Shown here: piece by piece, positions 40,166-52,066 of the stretch
How positions within the stretch are numbered: the stretch's first letter is position 1
Layout of the letters: each line of letters begins with the position of its first letter
NCBI RefSeq assembly: GCF_963921235.1
Contig: NC_086097.1
Span: forward strand, 115,632,001 to 115,696,000
Source: Mobula hypostoma
Lineage: Eukaryota
Length of the DNA stretch: 64,000 nucleotides
Direction of reading: 5' to 3'
Notes under the pieces: model-generated
Told to the model about the DNA's origin: nothing
Database searches by the model: none
The model's input: the letters and a program-made list of their open reading frames with translations, nothing else
Translations under genes and position numbers: made by a program

Positions 40166-40901
40166 CACTGGACAACCAAGATTTTGCTTCCTGAATACTT
40201 TTGGGTGTATTTTATAGATTCTAGACTGCTGAACATGACAGTCACCATGAAATTTCCCTATCACTCTCCATTTTTAAAACAATCATCCGTTTTTGTTATT
40301 CCAATTCATAATTCAAGTCAGGGTAACTGATGCGAAGATTAACAAAGACATTTTTGTGGGTCCACAAATCAAACAGATCATCAATAGCAGGCAATTCAAA
40401 GAATTTCTAGTGGGGCCAGAGAAATTTTCAATGAAGGCATTTAAGAAATTAGTTGAAAATTTTCTTGGCATCTACAGAGCACCAAAGTACATGCAGCTGG
40501 TTGACAATATGCTTTAAGCATACAAAACCATGAACTGCAAAATGTCACTAAAGATTCATTTCCAGCATTCCCATTTAGACTTCTTCCCTTCAAATCTTGG
40601 CACTGTCAGTGACGAGCATGGTGTGCTGGCTAATTATTGTTGGATACTTGAGTGAGAAGCCTCAGACACTGACTGCAAATAAAAATCATTAACAAAGCAT
40701 TGTTAGCTTAGTCGAACTGTTGCAAAGCATTAGCACCATTATGCAATTAAATGCATTATATTCAATAAAAGATTATTTCTTGTTTCTCCAAATACCTACA
40801 ATACAAATAGTTTGAAATTATATTTGTTTTCACTTTCAAGTGGTCTATCATAAAAAAATTCTGAGGAAGCAACACTTATGCTAAAAAATTATTGTCCAGT
40901 A
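40166..40901 (+). mobile_element. Chapaev3-like DNA transposon deletion derivative
   Basis: Transposase remnant TDAKINKDIFVGPQIK...MSLKIHFQHSHLDFFPSNLGTVSDEHG; inverted ends CACTGGACAA (40166) and TTGTCCAGT(a) (40892-40901). Confidence 0.7.
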
Positions 40902-41859
40902 TATTTAATTGTATTTATCTGGGTCCCAGGTTGTAGCTGAGGATATGAACTCAGTGGGACCAGCCACATATCAGCCCTGACAATGTGAACAGAATAGGGT
41001 CAAGCTATTTTGTGCAACTAATAACCCTTTGATATCTCTCAACCATCCACAAGATTGTGACGAAACTCTCCTTTAATGCAACCACTTCACAATTCTTGAA
41101 TGGTGGCTACCTCAAAATATTGACCAGACTCCAAATGTTCAAGATGTACCATCATCACTTCAAAGAGAGCAAACAATGCTTAGTTAGCTTGTGAAGCCCA
41201 TTTCACAGAGACTGACTATTAGAAAAATTCCCTGATGATCCTCTGCTATGTGTTGCCATCTAGTCAAAATATAACTTATTTATTGCTGACCCTGTGATTT
41301 GTGCTGTGTATCAGGATTTCATTAAAAACCCTGACCAGATTGAAATGGACCAGCTTTGTAAATTGTTCCTCTCCTTGTGGTAACTGTACACAGACAATGT
41401 TGGAGTTTGCTGTTGGTAAATAAAGAAGAGGAAATTTATTTTCAACATACTGGTAAGGAAGCCTAGTTCTTTGAAAATTTGTACCTAGTAAAAGGATATT
41501 ATTCAGGGATAGTGGGAAATCTGCACATTTAATTTAAATATAAAGTTACATGCTTCATTGATGTCTCATGCAGATCTTTTATTCTCATATGCATCTACTG
41601 AAGTCATGAATCAGTGTGTTTGCAGACACAGTGGTTCAAGTTTATTTATTCATTTAGCCATAGAGTATGCAGTCGGCCTTTCTGCCCCTTTGAGCCACAC
41701 TGCCTCAGCAAACCCCAACAACATGATGAACCCTAACCTAATCAAGGGACAAGTTACAATAACCAAATAATCTACTCAGTATGTCTTATACAATGGGATG
41801 AGTTAAAGTGTAACAGGGGGCTATTCATTTAAACTAGAAAGGGTTGTGAATACAGGGAT

Positions 41860-43480
41860 TGAAGGTGTAATATTTGAATGCACTCAGTATACAGAATAAG
41901 GTAGGTGATCTTGTAATGCAGTTAGAGATTGGCAGGAATGGCTGTGTGCATTTTAAAGTTGTGGCTGAAAGAAGATCATAGTTGGGAGCTTAGTATCCAA
42001 GGGTACACATCGTACGGAAAGGAAAGACAGGTGGGCATGGGGGGAGGTGGTGCTGGGGTTGATCAGATGGCTCTATTGGTAAAAAATACAATTAAATCCT
42101 TTGAAGAATTGATATAGGATAGAAAGATGTAGAATCCTTGTGGGTATAGTTCAGAAACTGCAAGGGTGAAAAGACCCTGATAGGAGTTGTATACAGACCT
42201 CCAAACAGTAACCATGATGTAGCTCCAAATTATAACGGAAGATAGAAAAGGTATGTAAAAAGGGCAAATTTGCGATAATCCTGGAGGATTTCAGAATATT
42301 GTTTATTTGGATTTTCTGAAGGCCTTTGACAAGTTGCTGTATATGAAGCTGCTTTCCAGTCTGTAACTAGAATAGATAGAGGATTGGCTAATCGGCAGGA
42401 GGCAAACAGCTGGAATAAAGGTGGTCTTTTCTGGTTGGCTGCCAGTGACTACTGATGTGCTGCAGGGGTCGGTGTAGAGGCCTTTGCTTTTCATGTTTAT
42501 AGCAATGATTTTGATGATGGAATTGATGGCTTTGTGGCCAGGTTTGTGGATGATACGAAGACAATTGGAAGGGCAGATAGTATTGAGGAAGCAGGGTGTC
42601 TGCAGAATGACTTGGACAGATTGGGGGAGTGGGTGAAGAGGTGGCAGATGGAACGCAATGTAGTGAAGTGAATGGTCATGCACTTTGGCAGAAGGAATGA
42701 AGGTGTGGACTATTTTGTAAACGGTGAGAAAATTGAAAAAAAATCAGAGGTGCAAAAGGACTTGGAGTGCTCGTGCAGGATTCCCTAACGGTTAACTTGC
42801 AGGTTGAGTTGGTGATAAAGAAGACAAACACAATGTTAGCATTCGTTTTGAGAGGACTAGAATACAAAAGCAAGGTTGTAATGCTGAGATGTTATAAGAC
42901 ATCGGTTAGACCATCCTTGGAGTATTGTGAGCAATTTTGGGCCCCTTATCAAAGAAAGGATGTGTTAGCATTAGAGGGAGTCCCAAGGATGTTCACAAGA
43001 ATGATCTGAGGAATGAAAGTGTTAACATATGAGGAGTGTTTGATGGCTGTGTCCCTGTACTCACTAGAGTTTAGAAGGATGAGGGAGGATCTAGTAGAAA
43101 TCTGTTGAATATTGAAAGGTCTGGATAGTGTGGATGTGGAGAGGACGTTTCCTATAGTCGGGGAGTCTAGCACTAGAGTGCACAGCCTCAGAATTGAGGG
43201 ATGTTCATTTAGAACAGAGATGAGGAAAAAATTATTTAGCCAGAGGGTGGTGAATCTGTGGAATTCATTGCCACAGATGGCTGAAGAGACTATGTCATTG
43301 GGTATATTTAAGGTGGAGGTTGATTTGTACTTGATTAATCAACTCATCAAAAATTGTTGGGGGGGGAGAAGGCAGGAGAATGGGGCTGAGAGGGATAATC
43401 AATTAGCTATGATGGAATAGCAGTGCAGACTTGATGGGCTGAATGGCCTAATTCTGCTCCTACGTCTTAGGGTCTTACGA
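41860..43480 (+). mobile_element. Decayed CR1 with internal deletion (endonuclease joined to RT)
   Basis: APE remnants (WLKEDHSWELSIQGY, VVYRPPNS) jump at ~42300 to YLDF.KAFDK; RPSLEYC motif and 3' tail follow. Confidence 0.85.
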
Positions 43481-44892
43481 TCTTTGTGCTGTGGGTGTAA
43501 ACTGGAGCACTTGGGGAAAACCCATGCATTCCACGGGGAGAACGTACAGAGACTCCTTACAGAACAGCATCAGAATTGAACCCTAAACTCCAGAAGCACC
43601 CTGAGTTGAAATAGCAACGTGCTAATCACTATGCCACCGTTGGGCCCTTCATTATTCAGTGATTGGTGAAAGCAAGGATGGCTATCAGGAAGGCTATAAG
43701 GGTCGTGGAATCCCCTATTGTTACTACATTAAAAAAATCTGCCCTGTATCTTGTGCTTCCATAGTCCATTCTGTCCAAAATCATGGGCTATCTTTTGCTA
43801 GATAGTGTTGATTATTCCTCTTGTAACAATCAACAGCAGGTCATCGCAGATGGTTAACTTTTACCTGCGTGCTACCACTCCTCTCCATCAAACCTCATTA
43901 ATGCCCCTTTATCCAAGTTACCTCACAGTTCTCTTGCCTAGCTTCACTGCTCCTCTCAGCATTGAGGTTATCTAGACCACCACCATTCTTGATCCACTAC
44001 ACCCACTAATCCTAGTTTCACTATATTCTCTGTCCAATCTCCACTATCCAAGATCCACCAAACAGCAACATTCAAGACCCATCAAGCATCTCCACCAAAT
44101 CCAATAAACACCCCCTCACAACTCTACCAAGCATTTGCATCACAGCTCCACTAAACATCTCCATTCAAGGTCCATCAAACATTCACAACCAAGAACCACT
44201 AAATTTCTCCATCAGTTCCACCAAACATCTCCACCAGCTCCACCACATGTGTCCAGCTCCTTCATAACATGTCATCCAATCTGAATAATACCCATATCCC
44301 ATATCAGAGTCCCATTACATCAGTCTATTCCAGCTCCATTATACACATTCATCTGAACTCTTACATAGAACTCGAAGGGCCGAATGGCCTACTCCTGCAC
44401 CTATTTTCTATGTTTATGTTTCTATGTTTATATCCATCAACATAACTTCATCTTCCCTTCAATCCTTCCTCTGCAATAACATCTCTCCATACCTTCTACA
44501 ATCACCTCCAGCCCAGCTTCACTATATATTTTAGTAATAGTTTTACCTTATCATTCCATTCCAGTTCTACCTCGTCTCTCAATTTCAGCTCCAGTGCAGC
44601 ATCCCAACTCAGATCCCGCATGATTATCCATTCTTCTTCAGTTTACCACATTATATTCTCTCCATCCATATGCATTATCTCAGCCCTTACTCAGATTAAG
44701 CTACCGAAAGTTTTGAAAACTTCGTAAAGAAATCATATACTTTTACGCCATCACTTTGTAAATGGAGTTTTTCAATTTAATGAGATTTTATCAAAATAAA
44801 AAAACTTATTGAAAAATGTTACAATTAATAAATAAAGCAAATATACATTTTCATATTGATGTATTTATTGTTCATATTCTTAAAGGACTGAC

Positions 44893-45013
44893 CAGAACTG
44901 CAGCAAGCTGACACAGGGACACTGCCTGAGTTCCTTGGAATTTCTCTTCTAGCGATGGCCAGCAGATCTCTTTTCTCTTTTCTTCATTGTCCAAGCTATC
45001 TTGAAATGTTGAA
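44893..45013 (-). CDS. Possible isolated coding exon of an unidentified host gene
   Basis: Acceptor ttttacttttcAG and donor CTG|GTCAGT; 121 nt; only one frame open (STFQDSLDNEEKRKEICWPSLEEKFQGTQAVSLCQLAAVL); non-repetitive AT-rich flanks; protein not recognised. Confidence 0.3.
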
Positions 45014-45419
45014 CTGAAAAGTAAAACATTCTAATTAACCAAATGTTTTGTTAACATTTAGCTGCAGGCAATTCCACTAAACGCTCATTAGCAGATAAGT
45101 TGTCAACTTTGGAAAAATAGCAGTCGTTGTTCACTGGATTGTTAATTTGATGAAAGAAACTAATGCTTTCATCTAACATGGATTTGGATCAAATATAACT
45201 ATTCTTGTTCCAGGAATTGTAATTCCTTTTAATCGGGAGTTTATGTTAATCATGAGCACATTCCTTAGAAGGGTTCCAATGTAATAATTAGGTGCCAAGT
45301 TCAAAAGATAATATTTGCTAGTTAGTCCCCTTTACATAAGTGTAATTCAGTATTCAAAATCTGTGCTTTAAGGCTTAGCTGTTGCTCTCTTGTTAAGCTT
45401 GCTGGCAGCACTGGTACGA

Positions 45420-46250
45420 AATGTCCACAGATCCCTCAAATTTGCAGTGCTAATTGATAAAGTTGCTGAGAAAGGGGTATGTTGTGTTGACCTTCATTAG
45501 TTGGAGGAATTGAGTTCAAAAGTTGTGAGGTAATGTTGCATCTCTATAAAACCCTGGTTATACCGTACTTGGAATTTTGTGTTCATTTCTGCTCACTTCA
45601 TTGTAGGAAGGGTATGGAAGTTTTAGAGAGGGTGCAGGGGAAATTTATCAGGATACTCCCTGGATCAGTAAGCATATCTTATGAAGATAGGTTGAGCGAG
45701 TTAGGGATGTTCTCTCTGGAGCAAAGAAGGACAAAAGGCAACTTGATAGAATTGTTCAGGATAAGAGACATTGATTGAGTGGATAACCAGAGAATATTTC
45801 CCAGGGCAGAAATGGTTAAAGTGAAAGGACATAATGTTATGGTAATTGGAGGAGAGTACAGGTAGGACATCAGAGGCAACATTTTTAACATTGAGAGTGG
45901 TGGATGCATGTAATAGAGGGAGAGGTAGATACATTAGATGTGTTTTTCTACATGGCTGCATTTTACTGGTATCTCATATGTGCTGTGTGTGACCATTGGT
46001 ATTGTGTTCTGCACCTTGGCCCCTGAGTAACGTTCTCTCATTTGGCTGTATTTATGGGTATTCATGTATGGTTGAGTTATAATTAAACCTGAATTGAATT
46101 GAATTAAGAAACACTTAGATAGGGACATGGATGATGGGAAAATGGAGAGCTATGTTAGAGGGAAGAGTTGGATTGACCTTAGAGTAGGTTAAATGAGCAG
46201 CACAACATAGTGCACCCAAGGTCCTGTACTGTGTTGTAATGTTTTATGTT
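45420..46250 (+). mobile_element. Decayed CR1 3' portion
   Basis: MLHLYKTLVIPYLEFCVHF...LERVQGKFIRILPG; contains an unrelated insert at ~45930-46105. Confidence 0.75.
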
Positions 46251-47825
46251 TGAAGGCATTTTATTTTTGGGGACACTGACATGTGTTTCATGGTGCCATG
46301 CAGAATTTGTGTCTATTGGTCCACCTCATCACCTTCACACACTGTCATGTGACAAGAGTCCCCTCTCATACTGAACACATGCTCACCCTTCTCCATTGAA
46401 GTCGCTGCTGATAATGTTTGTTCAGTGGTCTTTTTGCTCCTTGGCTCATTTTTCTGTGTAAAATCCAACCAGGAAGGTTGCTGCTACTATGAAACAAAAC
46501 AATCTATAGAAATTGGGAACTGACTGCAGAGATTGCAGGCTCGCCCACCCCACTGTTTGCATGGCGTGTAATATAAATCAGGACCCGACAGATACAAGTG
46601 CTTCTATTGGTGTGTAATGCAAGTCTGGATATATCCTCTGGGACTTTGATTATTGTCAACATTGCCTAAGGGTCACTCATCCAGAAACAAGCTTCCAACG
46701 TACTACTTTAAATTGAAAATGCACATCAGTGGAAAAGCCCTAAATAATAAGATAGAAAAATTACGGAAAAAAATGTACAAGGACTTGAGGACAAGGACAG
46801 AAGTTATAGGGAAAGGTTAAACAGGTTATGTCTTTATTCCCCAGAGCACAGGAGAAAGAGGGGAGATTTGATGAAGGCATACAAAGTTATGAAGAGTATA
46901 GATAGGGTAAATGCAAGCATGCTTTTTCCACTGACATTGGGTGAGACTAAAACTAAAGGTCATAGATTAGGAGTGAAAGGTGAAACATTTTAGGGGATTC
47001 TTTTTCACTCAGAGGGTGGTACAAGCAGAAGTGGTAGAGACCGGTTCATCTGAATATTTAAGAGAAAGTTAAGTAAATACATACATAGAATGGGTGCAGA
47101 GACAACGGTCCAGGTACAGGTGGATAGGACTATGCAGAATAACAGCTTGGCGCAGACTAGAAGGGCTGAAGTGCCTGTTTTCTGAGCTGAAGTGCTTGAT
47201 GATCCTATGGATCTAATGTAAGTCCCATTTAGTGTAAGTCATGCAGTTTGCCACTTTTCTTTGGTAAGCCCACGTCACCCACATCCACAACCCCACCTCC
47301 ATTCACCACAATTACACCACCATGTAGCAGTTCCCTCAGATGACCCATATGCTTGCAGTCTTCTTCCAGTATTCTCCTAGCATCTGCCACTTTTCTGACC
47401 CAACACTCTGTCAGTGATATTTCACTTACCATCTAGGTATTGTGATCAGACAATTATTAATAAAGGGCAGAGAATACCCATGGCATTTGCTTTACATATT
47501 GCTAGCAAAATGAATAGATGAATGTTCCTACAGATTGAGAAAAATGCACAATAAATTATTTTTTATTTGATGAAATTCTATGATTTGCTGTCATTTACTC
47601 TTCCTGTAGATCACAAGCAGTTACTGGAAAACCTGGATTATAAAGCAAAGGAAGCTTCCAGAATCCAAAGATGAGCAGTGTTGCTTTCACCGTCTTATTA
47701 CTCAGTTGAAAATTGTTTTCAAAGCAGAACGTAATTGTTGACAGTAGGTCTGGATTACTACATATCTTATGTGATATTCAAACTGAAGATCTGATTTTCA
47801 ACTTGCAGATAAGTATTTTCCTGTT

Positions 47826-48296
47826 CTTCTTTTCCTTCTTCTTCTTGTGCCCTTAACTCCTGGTGGAGTTGTTGGGGCGCCGTCATGACAAGCTTTGCAC
47901 CAGCTTTTTGGTGTGCTCATTATGTGGCGTGTCTTGGGCATCCGAAACCTGGCGGAGCCCATCCCTCTCCAGGTTTGACCACAGCCGATTTCCTCCAACT
48001 AGGTGACTCGCCTCGGTCGTGAACACGTGGCCATTATAGTTCATCTGAGGACCTTTCCGTCCCGGCCGGTGCCTTCAACATGGAAGTCTTTCGCCCAGTG
48101 GTGCCGTGTTAACACCACCCCCTCACGTGGTTTAGCCCACCAGCTGAAGTGGTTTACTGGGGTATGGCGCTTGCAGCCAACACGTGAGAGATTTAGGAGA
48201 TGGATGAGGACCAGTGATGCCCATCCACCCTGTCTGGTAGGAAGCAGCATGCCAGACATCAAAGGTACTACCTCTATTCAGAACCCCCCATACCCC
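47826..48296 (-). mobile_element. Non-autonomous retroposon (probably RTE-mobilised) with 5' HDV-like ribozyme and (AAG)n tail
   Basis: 11-bp TSD attttcctgtt (47815-47825 and 48297-48307); simple-repeat tail; no credible ORF. Confidence 0.75.
48122..48296 (-). ncRNA. Candidate HDV-like self-cleaving ribozyme
   Basis: P1 GGGGUAU/AUACCCC; P2 CUCACGUG/CACGUGAG; P3 GGC/GCC; L3 UGCAAGC; P4 CCAC/GUGG; J4/2 GCUAA; order matches the nested double pseudoknot. P1.1 is imperfect. Confidence 0.65.
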
Positions 48297-48699
48297 ATTT
48301 TCCTGTTATAGGCAATTAAATTACGCAAGTCATTCAGCAAGGTGCAATATTATCTTTAATGGGAATAGGTTATCCTGGAAAAATATCCAAATTAATATTG
48401 TCAGCCAATCATAGAACAGAGAACATGGAAAATTACAGGCCCTTAGGCCATAACATGCCAAACTTTAAAACTACTCTAAAATCAATCTAACCCTTCATTC
48501 ATGTGCCCATCTGTGTATCTTAAATAACCCCTAATGTATCTGCCTTGACCACCATCCCCGACAGCATGCTCCATGCACCCAACACTCTCTGTATAAAAAA
48601 AAAACTTACTTCTGGCATCCACCCCTATACTTTTGTCCAGGTACCTTAAAATTATGCCGCCTCATATTAGCCATTTAAACACAGAATAAGATTGTTTAA

Positions 48700-48937
48700 G
48701 CAACACACATCAAAGTTGCCGGTGAACGCAGCAGACCAGGCAGCATCTCTAGGAAGAGGTACAGTCAACATTTCAGGCCGAGACCCTTCGTCAGGACTAA
48801 CGAAGGGTCCTGACGAAGGGTCTCGGCCTGAAACATCGACTGTACCTCTTCCTAGAGATGCTGCCTGGCCTGCTGCGTTCACCAGCAACTTTGATGTGTG
48901 TTGCTTGAATTTCCAGCATCTGCAGAATTCCTGTTGT
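48700..48937. mobile_element. 238-bp palindromic Penelope pLTR insertion with a hammerhead motif on each strand
   Basis: 14-bp TSD ataagattgtttaa (48686-48699 and 48938-48951); ~100-bp inverted arms; motifs at 48762-48799 (minus) and 48805-48842 (plus). Confidence 0.9.
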
Positions 48938-49194
48938 ATAAGATTGTTTAAAATTGGAACATAATTTTTCCATTTCAACATTTTTACCTGGCTACATGCT
49001 GGACATAGTAGATTTGAATAATAGAATGCCAGCGTTCGCAGTTTGCTTGTAAATTAAAGTAATACAAAGCTAGCCATTTTCACAGGCTTGGAAATGGCCA
49101 CTTGACTGTTCCAATGGACCCACTTTGGAGTCCACTTGATTCCTTTCAAGGCTTTGACAAACACTTGACTTTAGTGTCAAAGTCAGACATGCAG

Positions 49195-50075
49195 GCACAT
49201 AGAATCATAGAGTCGTAGAGAATTTCGCAGAAAGAGGCCCTTTGGCCCATCCAGTCCATGCTGTACTATTATTCTGCCTGCACCTGGACCATAACCCTAC
49301 ATACCCCTCCCATCCATATACTGTACTTTCCAAACTTCTCTTAAATGTTAAAATTTAACCCACGTTCGCCACTTCCGCTGACAACTCATTCCACAGTCTC
49401 ACTATCCTCTGAGTGAAGAAGTCACTCTGTCCCTCACGATCCCCTTAAAACATTCCACCTTTCACCCTTAAGCCCTGACCTCTCATTCTAGTCTCAGCCA
49501 ACCTCAGTTGAAAAAGCCTACATCCATTTACCCTTTACAATTTTGTATACCTCTTCATTCTCCTATGCTCCAGGGAAAAGTCCTAACCTTTTCAACCTTT
49601 CTTGATAATGCAGGTCCTCAAGACATGGCAACATCCTTATAAGTTTTCTCTGGACTCTTTCAATCATACCATAAAACCATAAGACACAGGAGCAGAATTA
49701 GGCCATATGGCTCATTGAGTTTGCTCCACCGTTCCATCATGGCTCATTTATTTTCCCTTTCAACCCCATTCTCCTACCTTCTCCCCATAACCTTTGACAC
49801 TCTTATTAATCAAGAACCTATCAACCTCTGCTTCACATATTCCATTTAATCTCATAATTTATAGTTATTTTGTGTCTTTGCACTGTACTGAAGAGCCTGT
49901 TTGTGTACTGTCATTTACTGGTATCTTTCCTGTAGGTTGGTATCCAGAACTGTACACAATACTGTAAATGAGATCTCACAAATGCCTTATAAAACTTTAA
50001 CATAACGTCGCAACTCCTGTACTCAATACTTTGATTTCACAAGGCCAGTGTGCCAAAAGCTCAGTTTACAACCCT
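49195..50075 (-). mobile_element. Decayed CR1 3' portion with a nested CR1 3' end (~49668-49840)
   Basis: Similar to 29915-30570; a second (ACCATAA) tail begins at ~49668. Confidence 0.75.
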
Positions 50076-50864
50076 ATCTAATGAATGACGTAACTCTTGC
50101 TACTGAAGATTTGAGGCTGATCTTTGCTATACATGGATAATTTGCAAAGTTAGTCTTTAGCAATGAACCAAAATTCACATTGCACTCACTTAAAGTCCTC
50201 TGGTATGTAAAAATTATTGATTGCTGTACATCATCTTCCTTTAGGATTGGGAATAGAGAGGCCTGTACCTGATAAAGGTATTCCATGGCAACTCTAGCTT
50301 CATCATGCATCATTGATTGGTCAATTCTTAGTGTAAAAGTGTTACAAAGCTATATTCTAGAAATTATATTATTCGATGGAGCAGTCATTTTTTACATGTT
50401 TGATTTTCATAGAACCTTTCTTTAAGGGTATGGTCGAAAATTGAAGCCAAGATTAATAAATTAAGTTAAATCAACTGTGTCTACGTGAAGGAGTTAGAAC
50501 TACCAGACAAGTGTACAAGTTGGGAGCTCAGCAATAGAATCTTAGTAAAGCAGTCCACATTTATGTTCTGAAGCAGTATTTAGCCTGCGTCAGAAATAAC
50601 GTCAGCAATGTACATGTTGATTAGCTTATCATAGCAGTGATTATTCTGAAGATAGTGAAGTGATGTGTGGCAGCTTATCTATTCCTGAAGTCAAAATAGA
50701 ATCAGCTGCTGATGAAGAGTCACGGAAGGTCAATGGACTAAGCCAAGAGATTGTACTGTATCTTCTGCATTTTATTCATCCAATATAATGTCAGTGATAA
50801 GTGCATTGTTGAGGCAGCTGGAATCACTAATGATGTCAATGAAATGAAATTTGCAGTGGCTATC

Positions 50865-51390
50865 TACACTCAGTGGCCACTTTATTAGGTGCCTCCTGTA
50901 CCAAATAAATTGGCTACAGAATGCATGTTCTGGTATTCTGCTGCTGTAGCCTAGCCACTTCAAGCTTTGACATGTTGTGCATTCAGAGATGCTCTTCTGC
51001 ACACTGCCACCGTAATACTTGGTCACTTGAGTTACTATCACCTACCTGTCAGCTTGAACCAGTCTGGCCAGTCTCCTCTGATCTCTCTCATTAACAAGGT
51101 GTTTTTTTTTGGCCACTGGCTTGCCACACACTGGATATGTTTTATTGTTTTTTTTTTGCACCATTCTGTGTAAACTCTAGAGACTGTTGTACGTGAAAAT
51201 GCCAGGAGATTAGCAGTTTCTGAGATCCACAATCCACTCTGTTTGGTACCAACAATCATTAGTCTGAAAAACAACCGAACCTCCTGACCACATTTGCCTG
51301 CTTTTTTGCATGAGTCACTGTTATATGATTAGCTGATTCGATATTTGTAATAATGAGCAGGTGTACCTAATACAGTGGCCACTGAATATA
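50865..51390 (-). mobile_element. Tc1-like non-autonomous transposon
   Basis: TIRs TA-CACTCAGTGGCCACTTTATTAGGT and ACCTAATACAGTGGCCACTGAATA-TA; HTH remnant IVGTKQSGLWISETANLLAFSRTTVSRVYTEW. Confidence 0.85.
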
Positions 51391-52066
51391 GTTCTGAAGG
51401 ATGTTAGTAATAAATTTTGATTGCATTACGTGAACCAAATGCCCTTGTCAATATATAATTTATAAATCATTTGTTATTTATTCTTTCATTGTCATTGTTC
51501 ATTCTAGAACAAACATCAACTGTTTCTCCACTGTAATATCTCAAATGATCAGACATGAATCCTTTAATTATTCTGTACCTTTCAGAGAGAGACATACTTC
51601 ATTGCTGGTTCCCTGACTCATGAGATTGAGTTTTCCAACTCTGAAACATTAGGCAAATGGTAAAAGCTGACATGGCACCAGTGGGGTTAATCAAAAATTA
51701 AACACTGCTTATGAGTGATTTATCACTTCAATCTGCAACTGCAGCATGGCTACTCCCCTTCCTTAGTTTCACTATTTACTGCTAATAGTGATGTTAGGCT
51801 GCAATCAACAGATTGTTAGCCAGGAATTTACTGCTGTAATAATGGTGTTGTGATTGGTGCCGGTTGTCTAACACTGTGAAATTGACTGCAATTCTCTGAT
51901 AATATCTGGTAGTTTTGTGAACATCCCACAAAATGTCGCCTTATATCCACAATATCATGTTATATCACATTTACATAGAGTGCTGCTACAAGAAGGCAGC
52001 ATCCATCACCAAAGGCCTTCACCTTCTAGGCCATGCCCTCTCCTCACTACTACCATTGGACAGGAG

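Noticed and set aside
43980..44360. Quasi-periodic CCACCA/AACATCT-rich tract
   Set aside because: Degenerate low-complexity sequence with no constant repeat-spacer structure; not CRISPR-like.
47429..47500. Strong minus-strand donor (ATG|GTAAGT) as a partner exon for 44893-45013
   Set aside because: All three frames have stops when the best upstream acceptor is used.
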